Below, piece after piece: positions 16,570 to 26,181 of a stretch of DNA of 32,000 nucleotides. The notes beneath the pieces were generated by a model, which had not been told where the DNA came from, made no database searches, and worked only from the letters and a program-made list of their open reading frames with translations. Origin of the DNA: Methanocaldococcus jannaschii DSM 2661 (GTDB lineage Archaea > AGJL01 > Methanococci > Methanococcales > Methanocaldococcaceae); NCBI RefSeq assembly GCF_000091665.1, contig NC_000909.1, positions 30,001 to 62,000 on the forward strand, read 5' to 3'. The position numbers and the translations under genes were made by a program. How positions within the stretch are numbered: the first letter of the stretch is position 1; each line of letters begins with the position of its first letter.

Positions 16570-17351
16570 CCTTTTATTCCCTTAATAATATATCTCAACC
16601 TATTTCCAGTTTTAATTTCATCAACCTCAACATCTAATCCAACTTCTTTCATCTTTTTAATTATAAGCTCTCTTCTTTTTTCTGGTTTCTTTGGCATCAT
16701 TAAAGAGATAACTCCTTTTTTATTTAAAAAGTTGATTCCCTCCTCAATTATTTTAAATGAAAATTCCTCTCCAAATTTTCCTCCACCAATTAGCTCAACA
16801 TTTTTAGCTAAAGCCCCCCCAAACTTTCTTCCACTTGCTACTGAATTTTTTGAATAGAAAGGAGGATAAGAAATAATTAAATCGAATTTTTTATCTTTAA
16901 GCTCTTCAATGCCTTCAATAGCTCTACCCTTAGAGTTTATAATCTTTATATCTAACTTATTTTTCTCTATGTTTCTTTTAGCAAAATCTATAAATTCTTC
17001 ATCAACCTCAGTGGCATAAACTTCAGCATTATAAAATTTTTTTATTAATAAGGAGATTATGGCAGAGTGCCCAGTCCCAATCTCTAAAACAGTTGGTTTT
17101 TCTATACCAAGCTCCTTTAAAGTTTCAAAAGTGGATTTTATAAAGAGATATCTGTTTATTGGTGTAGGGATTAATCCATTTTTATGAAATTCTATATCCA
17201 AATCAAATAAAACTTTCAAAACTGTTTTGTTATATTCTATTAACGCCTCTTTGTCTTTAAAGTTAATTCTAAGCTTATCTCCTTTTTTATAAACATACTT
17301 TTTTAATTTTTCATTGTATTTTATAGCATCTTCAATCTTTAATCCCAACAT
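16566..17351 (-). CDS. SAM-dependent methyltransferase with a (S/N)PPF/Y-type motif IV
   Basis: Motif I is VLEIGTGHSAIISL, the acidic loop is ATEVDE and motif IV is ISYPPFY. This motif IV resembles that of N6-adenine/N5-glutamine-type methyltransferases. Confidence 0.7.
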   Translation of the reverse strand: MLGLKIEDAIKYNEKLKKYVYKKGDKLRINFKDKEALIEYNKTVLKVLFDLDIEFHKNGLIPTPINRYLFIKSTFETLKELGIEKPTVLEIGTGHSAIISLLIKKFYNAEVYATEVDEEFIDFAKRNIEKNKLDIKIINSKGRAIEGIEELKDKKFDLIISYPPFYSKNSVASGRKFGGALAKNVELIGGGKFGEEFSFKIIEEGINFLNKKGVISLMMPKKPEKRRELIIKKMKEVGLDVEVDEIKTGNRLRYIIKGIKG

Positions 17352-17369
17352 ATCTCTTCCTCTTTATCT

Positions 17370-18656
17370 TTAGATTCTTATTTTTTCTCCTAATTTTGGA
17401 GTTATTGCATCAAATCCATGTTCTAACGCCCAGTTTCTTAAAATTGTTGCCTGAACTTCCTCTCCATGTTGTATAATTAATAGCTCAGGATTGACTTTTT
17501 TAATTATCTCATGTAGCTCATCCATCCCAGCGTGGCATGAGAAGTTATACATGCAAACTTCTAAGTTTGGCTTAATTTCATCTTTTCCAATAAATATCTT
17601 TCCAGTTTCAATTAAATGTCTTCCATTGGAGTCTCTAACTTGGTAACCAGTTAATAATAAGGCATTTTTAGGATTATGCATGAATAATTTTAGATAATAC
17701 AGTATAGGCCCTCCATCTAACATTCCTGCAGTTGTTACAACAATTCCTCCATTTTTTGATAAGTTTTCGATTGCTTTAATCCTGTCCTCTGATTTTTCAA
17801 TTATTTTAACATTTTTTAGAGCTTTTTCTAATTGAGACGATTCATTTAGCATATGTTTATAGTTTAGCATTAACTTTGTAACTTCTACAGCCATTCCATC
17901 TAAGTAAATTGGAGCATCTATGTTGTAGTCATTTAAAATTAATAATATTTCCTGAGCTCTATCAACAGCAAAGACCGGAATTAAAGCAACTCCTCCCCTA
18001 AATAAAATCTCTTTTATCTTTTCTATAAAACTCAACTCTACGGCTTTTCTATCTGGGTGTATGCTGTTTCCATAAGTTGATTCTATAATTAAGATATCAA
18101 TATCATCCTTTGTATAGCTTAAATCAGCTCCTTTGGTTAATCTTGTGTCCCTCAACTTTACATCCCCAGTGTATAAGATGGTTTTGTTATTTTGGTAATT
18201 TAATAATATGGATGCACTTCCTGGAATATGCCCAGCACTAAACAATTCATAGGAAAAATCTTTGTAGTATTTTTTATCGTTGTAATTTAATGGGATTGTA
18301 TGCCTTATAGCTTCTTTTACATCATGGTTGTTGTAGGGGATTTTTTTATTTTCTGTTTCAGCTATTTTTACCATATCTTTTAATAAAACCTTAATTAATT
18401 TTTTTGATAATTCTGTTGTAATTACTGGAACATCCATCTTCCTATGAAATAGGACTGGTAAAGCCCCTGAATGGTCTAAATGGGCATGTGAGATAAAAAC
18501 TTTATCAACATCTCTTATGGAGTTGTCCAATATAGGATATTCTATTTCTTTTCCAAGCTTAACCCCACAATCTAATAGTATTTTGCTTTTATCAGTTTTT
18601 ATTTCTATACAACTTCTTCCAACTTCTAACGCCGCTCCTCTAAATATAATTTCCAT
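17370..18656 (-). CDS. beta-CASP metallo-beta-lactamase family ribonuclease (aCPSF2/RNase J-like, no KH domains)
   Basis: HAHLDHSG (HxHxDH) motif and beta-CASP-like C-terminal motifs. The ATG at 18656 (MEIIFRG) lies behind GGTGGT. Confidence 0.8.
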   Translation of the reverse strand: MEIIFRGAALEVGRSCIEIKTDKSKILLDCGVKLGKEIEYPILDNSIRDVDKVFISHAHLDHSGALPVLFHRKMDVPVITTELSKKLIKVLLKDMVKIAETENKKIPYNNHDVKEAIRHTIPLNYNDKKYYKDFSYELFSAGHIPGSASILLNYQNNKTILYTGDVKLRDTRLTKGADLSYTKDDIDILIIESTYGNSIHPDRKAVELSFIEKIKEILFRGGVALIPVFAVDRAQEILLILNDYNIDAPIYLDGMAVEVTKLMLNYKHMLNESSQLEKALKNVKIIEKSEDRIKAIENLSKNGGIVVTTAGMLDGGPILYYLKLFMHNPKNALLLTGYQVRDSNGRHLIETGKIFIGKDEIKPNLEVCMYNFSCHAGMDELHEIIKKVNPELLIIQHGEEVQATILRNWALEHGFDAITPKLGEKIRI

Positions 18657-18795
18657 GATACCACCATTTTTATTCAATTTTTAATTTCTGTTATTTTTGC
18701 TATTAAATACTTTTTATAAAATATTAATTGTTATATTCAAATATATTGATAAAGATAAAAACAAAATAACAATAAGCTGATTTTAATTAAAACAG

Positions 18796-19115
18796 AATCC
18801 CATTCCGAAACGGTCTGATTTTAATTATCTTATAAATTAAAAGCATTGAAATATAATACTCATCCGTTTCCATCCTCTATCCATTCTCTAAGAGGTCTGA
18901 TTTTAATCTTCAGTAAATACTGTTTTAATGCCTTCAATCTTATCTATTTCCATCCTCCAAGAGGTCTGATTTTAACAATTATTTGGGAAAAGGGAAAAGT
19001 ATCAATAACAGATAAATTTCCATTCCGAAACGGTCTGATTTTAACTAACGCCAAAAACCTCCATTACCCCCAGCATAACAACTGGATTTCCATTCCGAAA
19101 CGGTCTGATTTTAAC
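18796..19115 (-). CRISPR. CRISPR array with 5 repeats and 4 spacers (40, 38, 39 and 40 nt); transcribed strand inferred as minus
   Basis: Repeats lie at 19086-19115 and 19016-19045 (minus strand GTTAAAATCAGACCGTTTCGGAATGGAAAT). The repeat at 18946-18976 is a variant, GTTAAAATCAGACCTCTTGGAGGATGGAAAT. The repeat at 18866-18907 is that variant with an 11-nt internal duplication. The repeat at 18796-18825 is degenerate. Degeneration increases away from the AT-rich 400-bp non-coding block at 19116-19515. Confidence 0.9.
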
Positions 19116-19515
19116 AGGGCAATCATTCACAACATAATATACTTCATCACTCTTAATATTTAAGCTTTTCTATACCATATTTTTCTAAGGGTAAATAACC
19201 ATCTTACAATATAAACCTTTTAGTATTTAAAATTTTATCTCTTTACTAAAACTAAGCATTTTTATCTTCCTAAATTCAAAAATTTAACTTATTTGTTAGA
19301 GAAATCTTATTTACTTACCTAATTAATCTTAATTTTCAAAAATCCAAATAATTTAATTAAGTTAAATATTTTAAACAATCAAACCAGCAAACCCTTAGAA
19401 ATTAAATAAAAATCCTTTGAACTAATTAATAACTTCTAAATACTCTTATTTTCAAATTTCAAACATATTCAACAAGACAATCCATTAACCAAACAACAAA
19501 ATTGAAAATAAGTTA
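19116..19515 (-). promoter_or_regulatory. Putative CRISPR leader
   Basis: A 400-nt AT-rich non-coding block abuts the best-conserved repeat. The GTT...GAAAT repeat orientation places it upstream of the array. Confidence 0.55.
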
Positions 19516-20202
19516 TTAAATCAGGCCTAAAGCATCTTCAATGATTAAAAGCTCAGGCCCTGTTGTGTCTCCACCAACTACAGCTCCTTTGGAGTTTGCT
19601 ATAATGCAAGCTCCAACTGAAGTGGTTCCTTTATTTGCTGTTCCTTTACCAATATATTCCACTTTGAACAAGCTTTTTAAGAATTCAAGTTCATCATCTT
19701 CCACTAAAGGATGGGTCAAACAGCCTTTGTTTGTTACAACGGCATTACTTCCAACGGTTGGAAGTTCAGCAATAGTGCCAATCTCAACCTCAACATTTAA
19801 GGAATCTTCAATATCCTTCTTAAAATCTTTTAGTTCAGGAGATATTAAAGCTCCTTTGTCATTTGTTAATATTAAGTTACCTAAAGCCGTGTTTTTTGAT
19901 TTTATAATCTCAACATTTAAATCTAAATTATTTTCTTTTAGGAAATTTTTTATTCTATCTAATTCTTCATCTTCAACTATTTTTGGTAGTAATAGCCCAT
20001 ATTTATTTGCTACTGATAAAGAACCAACTAATGAACTGCCTCCAATATTAGTTTGGAGGCATTTTGTTTCTAAAACCTCAGATACTTCATTAACATCATC
20101 TTTGTCAAGAAAAATTGGTAATAGAGTTATTTCTTCAGTTGTTAATGCCAATACACCAATTGTGGGAATTCCTGAGAAGTATTTTCTTATAATCATGGTC
20201 AT
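19516..20202 (-). CDS. eif6: Translation initiation factor 6 (aIF6/eIF6)
   Basis: Five-fold pseudo-repeat eIF6 sequence (IGVLALTTEE..., NIGGSSLVGSL, NTALGNLILTNDKGALISP, VGSNAVVTNKG, TSVGACIIANSKGAVVG). Confidence 0.9.
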   Translation of the reverse strand: MTMIIRKYFSGIPTIGVLALTTEEITLLPIFLDKDDVNEVSEVLETKCLQTNIGGSSLVGSLSVANKYGLLLPKIVEDEELDRIKNFLKENNLDLNVEIIKSKNTALGNLILTNDKGALISPELKDFKKDIEDSLNVEVEIGTIAELPTVGSNAVVTNKGCLTHPLVEDDELEFLKSLFKVEYIGKGTANKGTTSVGACIIANSKGAVVGGDTTGPELLIIEDALGLI

Positions 20203-20205
20203 CCC

Positions 20206-20457
20206 TTACTCTGCAAGTGTAGCTATAACAACATTTCCTTCTTTAACTGCCTTAACTCTAACTCTTGCTGGTGGTTTTTGAATACCTCTCTCCCAAATCT
20301 TTTCATTTAACTCATTGTCAATTTTAACAATCTCAGCTTTCATGTGTCTCTTTAAAAACTGTTTTATCTTCTTTATAGCTCTTGGAGCTCTTTTTGTTCT
20401 AACTGATTTGTTTATAACATCTCTCAATGGGATTGTGTATATTCTCTCTTCCATCAT
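20206..20457 (-). CDS. rpl31e: 50S ribosomal protein L31e
   Basis: [13 protein letters not shown]...[18 protein letters not shown] is typical of L31e. ATG ATG lies directly behind GGAGGTG, and either ATG could be the start. Confidence 0.9.
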   Translation of the reverse strand: MMEERIYTIPLRDVINKSVRTKRAPRAIKKIKQFLKRHMKAEIVKIDNELNEKIWERGIQKPPARVRVKAVKEGNVVIATLAE

Positions 20458-20653
20458 CAACACCTCCAAAATAGTTAAGATGATAAAAATACCCTACCCA
20501 TAGAGATATTGAAAATAGATATTTAAAGATTACGCTGACATCTCCAACCTTAAGTTTTGAAAAGTTTTCAATTTTTATAACATATATACGTAGCTAAATG
20601 CTGTAATAAATAATAAATATAAATATTACCAAATAAATAACAAATAAATAATC

Positions 20654-20833
20654 TTACTCTCTAAGAGCTTTCATATACTCTTCTCTTTTAATTTTTAGCT
20701 CATTTATCTTTTTATTGATATGTTTTATCTCCTCTTCATTTTTATACGAATTTAAGAGCCACTCTAACCTGGTTATTTTTTGATTAATTTCTGCTATATT
20801 TTTAATAGCAATTTTTCTCCAAGTTTCGTCCAT
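20654..20833 (-). CDS. Small 59-aa predicted coiled-coil protein, below the track's apparent 60-aa reporting minimum
   Basis: My hand translation of the minus strand gives MDETWRKIAIKNIAEINQKITRLEWLLNSYKNEEEIKHINKKINELKIKREEYMKALRE*. The ATG at 20833 lies 3-4 nt behind GGGGGAGGGG. It sits in an otherwise empty 580-nt gap. Confidence 0.5.
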   Translation of the reverse strand: MDETWRKIAIKNIAEINQKITRLEWLLNSYKNEEEIKHINKKINELKIKREEYMKALRE

Positions 20834-21046
20834 ACCCCTCCCCCATCTTAAATTTTTAAGTTACAAGGTATATGCCAAATAATATATACTGTATAACATT
20901 ATATTGAGATTAATAGATATATGTAGATATAACCAAAAATAACAATTTATAATAACTAAAAGCATAAATTATTAATATACATAAATTATTAATATATTTA
21001 TTATTTTATTAAGATATAAATACTTTTTCAATTTCAATCTTTTCAA

Positions 21047-22237
21047 TCAATCCCTTTTAATACTATTCAATATTTCGATAAAATTATCTATATGCTCCCT
21101 CTTAATATGTGGCATAACAACGATTCTCAAAGCTTTAACACAATTGCAAACTGAAACGTAAATGCCTCTATCTCTAAGTTTTTTGCAGACTTCTTTATAA
21201 TCTTCATCTTCAATTGCAACAATATTTAATATTGGTTCAATGACTGGTTTAAAATTATTTTCCTTCAATTTTTTGTAAAGATAAAGGGTGTTTTCCATAC
21301 ATTCATTAACAATTTTTCGCTGTCCCTCTCTACCTAAATATCTTAAAACTGCATAAGTGCAGGCTCCTCCGAATCCAACCCTTGTTCCTAAGATTGTTGC
21401 CTGTCTTGTTTCAGTTAAATAAGGGGCATCAACATCCAAATATCTTTTATAACCTATATCTTTAAATAGAATCCCTCCACTTGGGATTGGGCAGTGCCCC
21501 ATTTTATGGGGGTCTATGGTTATAGAATCAACTCCCAAAGAAAAGTCAAATTTATAATTTACTCCTTTTTTCTTATATTTATCATCTAAAAATGGAATTA
21601 CTAAGCCTCCAAATGCCGCATCTACATGGATATAAATGTTGTTTTCTTTTGCTATTTTACTTAGCTCCTCTATGTTGTCAATAGTTCCAAGCTCTGTTGT
21701 TCCAGCAATTCCTATAATGCCATCTACATCATAATCCTCTACGGCATCTTTAACGAATTTCTCATCTATTGTATAATCTTCTTTAATTGGGGCATAGATA
21801 TACTCTAAGTCCATCATTTCTCTTCCTTTTTCGAATGAGAAATGGGCAGTTATTGGAACGATAATCTTTGGATGTTCATTTTTTGATAAGCCCTTTCTCC
21901 TTTTTTCCCTCCATATATTTTTTATGCATCTTAAAGCCATTAAGTTGGCTTCAGTCCCTCCACTAACTATATGTCCATAGGCATCTTTGTTATTTAACAA
22001 AGAACCCAATAAAGCCACAGCTTTTTCTTCTAACAATTTAGTCCCTTTAAATAGTCCAGGGTCTCCCAAGTTTGTTTCTAAGAAGATATCTACAATTTTT
22101 CTTGTTATTGGTAATACATTGGAACACATTGAACCGAAAATATTTCCATCTTCATACTTTAAATCCAAACTCCTATATTTTTTCAATTCCTCTAAAATTT
22201 CTTTCTCACTAACACCTTTTTCCTGCATGTTTCTCAT
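21047..22237 (-). CDS. mfnA: L-tyrosine/L-aspartate decarboxylase (PLP-dependent, methanofuran/CoA biosynthesis)
   Basis: Group II decarboxylase motifs are SGGTEANL and the PLP-lysine motif DPHKMG. The sequence matches my memory of M. jannaschii MfnA. Confidence 0.9.
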   Translation of the reverse strand: MRNMQEKGVSEKEILEELKKYRSLDLKYEDGNIFGSMCSNVLPITRKIVDIFLETNLGDPGLFKGTKLLEEKAVALLGSLLNNKDAYGHIVSGGTEANLMALRCIKNIWREKRRKGLSKNEHPKIIVPITAHFSFEKGREMMDLEYIYAPIKEDYTIDEKFVKDAVEDYDVDGIIGIAGTTELGTIDNIEELSKIAKENNIYIHVDAAFGGLVIPFLDDKYKKKGVNYKFDFSLGVDSITIDPHKMGHCPIPSGGILFKDIGYKRYLDVDAPYLTETRQATILGTRVGFGGACTYAVLRYLGREGQRKIVNECMENTLYLYKKLKENNFKPVIEPILNIVAIEDEDYKEVCKKLRDRGIYVSVCNCVKALRIVVMPHIKREHIDNFIEILNSIKRD

Positions 22238-22346
22238 CCTTTAATTTTTTTAGTTGATAAACATCATGATTAAATTTATAAGTATTTAATGCGTTCTTAG
22301 GTATAAATATAATACAATATACTAAACATTTATTTGAGGTTTAATT

Positions 22347-22694
22347 ATGAAGATGGTTGTAGTAATAAGGAACGATTTAGGTATGGGAAAGGGAAAGATG
22401 GTAGCTCAGGGAGGACATGCAATAATAGAGGCTTTCTTAGATGCTAAAAGGAAAAATCCAAGGGCTGTTGATGAATGGTTGAGAGAAGGACAGAAAAAGG
22501 TAGTGGTTAAAGTAAATTCTGAAAAAGAGTTGATAGATATTTACAACAAAGCAAGAAGTGAAGGATTGCCGTGCTCAATCATTAGAGATGCAGGACATAC
22601 ACAATTAGAGCCAGGAACTTTGACAGCTGTAGCCATAGGCCCTGAGAAAGATGAGAAAATAGATAAAATAACAGGACATTTAAAACTTTTATAA
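22347..22694 (+). CDS. pth2: Peptidyl-tRNA hydrolase, archaeal/eukaryotic type (Pth2)
   Basis: [25 protein letters not shown]...AIGP is typical of Pth2, and the size (115 aa) fits. Confidence 0.9.
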   Translation: MKMVVVIRNDLGMGKGKMVAQGGHAIIEAFLDAKRKNPRAVDEWLREGQKKVVVKVNSEKELIDIYNKARSEGLPCSIIRDAGHTQLEPGTLTAVAIGPEKDEKIDKITGHLKLL

Positions 22695-22705
22695 ATTTAA
22701 ATTTT

Positions 22706-23374
22706 TTATTTATCTACTGCATGCTTAAACGCTTTAAAGCCACCTATTAATCTTTTAACTTTAAAACCCAATAGTTGTAAAATTAAAGCCATTGTTTGAC
22801 TCCTCATCCCTCCTCTTGCACAGAAAACAACAATTAACTTATCCCTATCAAGTTTTTTTGCTTCATTTAAAATTCTTTTTAAGCTTTTCTCAACAATATC
22901 TGTTGCTATTTCTATAGCTTTTTCTCTACTTTCCTGCTTGTAGGTCTTTCCAATTAATGCATGCTCATCATCCAAAAATAGTGGAATGTTTATAGCTCCA
23001 GGGAGTGTTTCCTCCTTAAATTCTCTTGGACTTCTTGTATCTACAATAATAACATCCTCTTTTTTTATCAACTCTAACAACTCACTAACAGTTATTGTAT
23101 TTTTAACAAATTCTCCCCCAATGGATTTTAAAAACTTGTTGATATCTATTCTTTCAAAGTATATGTCGTAATCTTTAAATTTTTTTACACCGACCTTTTT
23201 ATCTTCTAAAAATTCTTTAGAGGCAGATAATATAAAAGAAGCAAGCTCTCCTTCAATTTTTCCAGCCAATATTTTTTTACCATTAGTTATCATCTTCCTC
23301 CCATCATTTAAAACAATACATAAAACAACATCCTCTGTAAAGGTTATTAGCCGAGCTAAAATTCCCTCGTCCAT
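22706..23374 (-). CDS. Rhodanese-domain protein, likely the sulfur/selenium-transferase half of a split tRNA 2-selenouridine synthase
   Basis: The C-terminal rhodanese domain has the active-site loop [12 protein letters not shown] (CxxGxR). It lies 10 nt downstream of the SelU-type P-loop gene. Confidence 0.65.
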
Positions 23375-23384
23375 GTTTTCCCTC

Positions 23385-24068
23385 TTAAATTAAATTATGC
23401 TCCTTTAATTTTTTCTTAATAAATTCATCAATTATTTTAGCTGATTTTTTAACATCCTCATTATAAACAATTAAATCTGGCTTTATCTTTTTCACATTTC
23501 TCATATAATGTTCTCTATAAAGTTTTTCTTCAATTAATTTTGCTGCTTCATAGTATTTGTCTTGTTTTATGAGTTCAATGATGTTATCAACTGCTTCAAT
23601 CATCTCTGGCTTTTTAAAACTCTCCTTTAATATTAAAAATTTGTTTATCAAAATTTCTTTCTCTTTTTCATTTTTTGGCTTATAAATGGAGACTAATCTG
23701 TTTATCTGGCATTCATAAGGACAGTCAATTAAGATTTTGTAAGTATAGTTTTTAATATCAGCCAACAACTCAGGAATTTTTAGCTTTTTCTCTCCACCAA
23801 TCTTCCTTCCCTCATATTCAACCACTGCATAACCAAATTTTTTAGCCTTTTCAATTTCTTTATTTATTAGATAGTCAAACTCTTCCTGGCTTCTCATACT
23901 TAAGTGATATAAATCCCCTAAAATACTCCCTCTTGTTCTTGCAATTTCTTCAATATCTATTACAGGATGATGTTTCTTTAATTCATTTAATATTTCTGTC
24001 TTTCCACATCCTGTTTTTCCAAATAATCCGAAGATAATCATGTTTTCACCATTAAAACTTAATCCCAT
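23385..24068 (-). CDS. selU: P-loop domain protein homologous to the C-terminal half of tRNA 2-selenouridine synthase (SelU/MnmH/YbbB)
   Basis: Walker A is [12 protein letters not shown]. It is followed by [16 protein letters not shown], which resembles the DLEGLANHRGSSFG block I remember from bacterial SelU, and later by YEGRKIG. Confidence 0.65.
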
Positions 24069-24155
24069 GTCTGGGTATAAATATGTTATTAAAAATGCTG
24101 ATATATAGCAGTTATTGTTTTTAGTTTTGTAACAATATCTGTTAAAAAAATTTTT

Positions 24156-25001
24156 CTAAATCAAGGGCTTTGGCTGATTATCATTTAATACTGGCAAGTT
24201 CTCAATACTTATTAATACCTTATCTAAATCTTTAGCTCTCTCCAATAAAATCTCTTTTCCAAAATCAGATAATGCAAATATCGGTATAGTTTTTCCAATC
24301 TGTGCTTTTATCTTGCCTTTTAATTTTTCCCTTAAAACCTTTGATGCACATGCAGTTACTAAATCAAAGTATTTGGCTATTTCTTCACTTCCCTCAATTC
24401 CAGTTAAATGAACACCAAATGTTAATATCTTTATCTCATCATTTTCTAATGATTTGCATCTTTTAGCATCTTCTAAGTTTGTTACAGTAACAGCTATTTT
24501 TTTATAATCCAACTCAATAGCTTTTTTAACACCTTCAAACTGATTTATTTCAGCAGTTTTTTTATTTAAAACAACCCCTCCAGCTTTTTCAATCTTTTCT
24601 ATAACCTCTAAAATGGGAGAGGTCTCTATTATTCCAGAGATTCTCCCACAGAGACCTTGAACTAAATTTGGATTTGAAGTTATAATAGTCCCAGCACAAT
24701 CAGCCACTATAACAGCAACATCTATAGCTTTTCTCTTTAAAGCACTCATTAAAATCTCTGAAGCTCCAAAAGGAACTATATATCTACTTTCTTCAACAAC
24801 TCTATTTTTTGTAAATAGCCCAAAATCCTTTATCCTAAATTCTATGTTTTCTTTTATGCTCTCTTTTGTTATCTCCTTTATTCCTCTATGCTTAGCAAAC
24901 AATGGGCAGTATTTTATTTTTGGTTCTGTAACTTCAACAACTCTGCCATTTTCAACAACAACTCTTGCCTTTCCTAATGCCTCCATTACATGTCTATCCA
25001 T
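24156..25001 (-). CDS. Conserved archaeal hypothetical protein (possibly DUF2099 / methanogenesis-marker-8-like)
   Basis: A clean 281-aa ORF in the same direction as its neighbours. The family name is from recall only and I identified no motif. Confidence 0.45.
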   Translation of the reverse strand: MDRHVMEALGKARVVVENGRVVEVTEPKIKYCPLFAKHRGIKEITKESIKENIEFRIKDFGLFTKNRVVEESRYIVPFGASEILMSALKRKAIDVAVIVADCAGTIITSNPNLVQGLCGRISGIIETSPILEVIEKIEKAGGVVLNKKTAEINQFEGVKKAIELDYKKIAVTVTNLEDAKRCKSLENDEIKILTFGVHLTGIEGSEEIAKYFDLVTACASKVLREKLKGKIKAQIGKTIPIFALSDFGKEILLERAKDLDKVLISIENLPVLNDNQPKPLI

Positions 25002-25079
25002 TTACATCTCCCATTAAAATGATAAAAATTACAAAAAATCAAAAAAATAAAAGAAATAAAAATAATTAGTCTCTAACCT

Positions 25080-25763
25080 TTAATCTTTTAAATATTTATC
25101 CAAATAATAGTTAATTATCTCCTCTCCACTTAAATAAATTAAATTATGTTTTTCAGCATATCTTTTTGTTTCATTTTTGCTCATAGCATTTCCATCATCG
25201 CCCATCATTTCACATATTGTGGTTATAGGCACTAAATTGGCCAGCTCTGCCAAAGCTACAGTCATTTCAGTGTGTCCTTGCCTATTTTTAACTAAACCTT
25301 CTGCTGCCCTCAATAGAGTTACATGTCCAGGACTTCTAAATTCCTTTCCAAAGTCATTAAATCTTCCTTCTTTAACCAATTCAGCCAATTTTTTTATTGT
25401 AAATGCCCTATCATTATCTGTAATTCCAGTAAATGTCTTTCTGTGGTTTATTGTAATTGAGAAAGATGATTTTTCATCATAAGGAATGTCATTTGGATAA
25501 AGCTCCCTCAATACTTTAAATTTTTGAGATGCAAATTCTAATATATCAACCATGAATGGAATTCCTAATTTATTGCATATATCCGGATGTAAAGCTGTGC
25601 AAATCAATCCTCCAGCGTCTTTCCTCATTATCCTTATATGCTCTGGAGTTATAAATTGGGAGGCAACAACCATGTCCGTTTCTCCTTCTCTCTCATCTGA
25701 GTCATAAACTAAAATTATTTCTCCTTTTTTTAATGCTTCTATGGCTTTTTCTACATTATTCAT
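25080..25763 (-). CDS. ribB: 3,4-dihydroxy-2-butanone 4-phosphate synthase
   Basis: [20 protein letters not shown] and [10 protein letters not shown] motifs. Confidence 0.9.
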
Positions 25764-26166
25764 CTTTATCTCCCTTAATTAGTATTTTTATAACATCTCC
25801 ATCCTTTAAATTAAATTGCTCCCTAAGTTTCATTGGGGCAATTATCTCTATAATCTCACTACTATGATATGTTTTTTTCGGCACAACTATCGCCCCATCT
25901 ATTTTTTTATTACCTATTAATATTTTTATTGGTAAAACCTTAACTCCAAAAAATCTTTTCCCATTAAATTCAAAATCCTCTGTTTCAATATATTTAAATT
26001 TGTTTATATCAAATTCTCTATCTAATTTTAAATTTAATGTCCCCTCATAAGGTTCAAAGCCAAGAATCTTCTTAAATATCTCTTTGTAAGGAGGGAGGGA
26101 TAAAAAATATCTCCCTTCTCCAAGTCCTGAAACTACTTCTCCCTCAATAATCATCAATTTCACCAA
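25756..26166 (-). CDS. ribK: CTP-dependent riboflavin kinase (archaeal type)
   Basis: A 136-aa protein with [19 protein letters not shown]...[11 protein letters not shown] motifs. It overlaps ribB by 8 nt. Confidence 0.85.
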
Positions 26167-26181
26167 AAAATTTTAATAATT

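Noticed and set aside
18846-19163. A 105-aa ORF across the CRISPR array
   Set aside because: Its periodic RGLIL/NGLIL segments are simply translated CRISPR repeats.
19541-20281. A 246-aa plus-strand ORF opposite aIF6 and rpl31e
   Set aside because: It is a Ser/Thr/Phe-rich shadow ORF exactly antisense to two genes with unmistakable eIF6 and L31e sequences.
20963-20996. Exact tandem 17-mer (cataaattattaatata x2) downstream of mfnA
   Set aside because: It is pure AT low-complexity sequence in an AT-rich spacer, most simply explained by slippage. There is no evidence of function.
1812-25482. Remaining short antisense track ORFs. These are 1812-2006, 2305-2619, 3119-3325, 5648-5905, 7721-7930, 8138-8320, 8875-9219, 10841-11122, 12108-12293, 12265-12576 and 15097-15288. 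Also 16087-16320, 21987-22244, 22986-23171, 25177-25482, 26879-27100, 29765-30076 and 31711-31911.
   Set aside because: Each lies opposite a CDS with recognisable family motifs. AT-rich genomes generate long antisense ORFs by chance.
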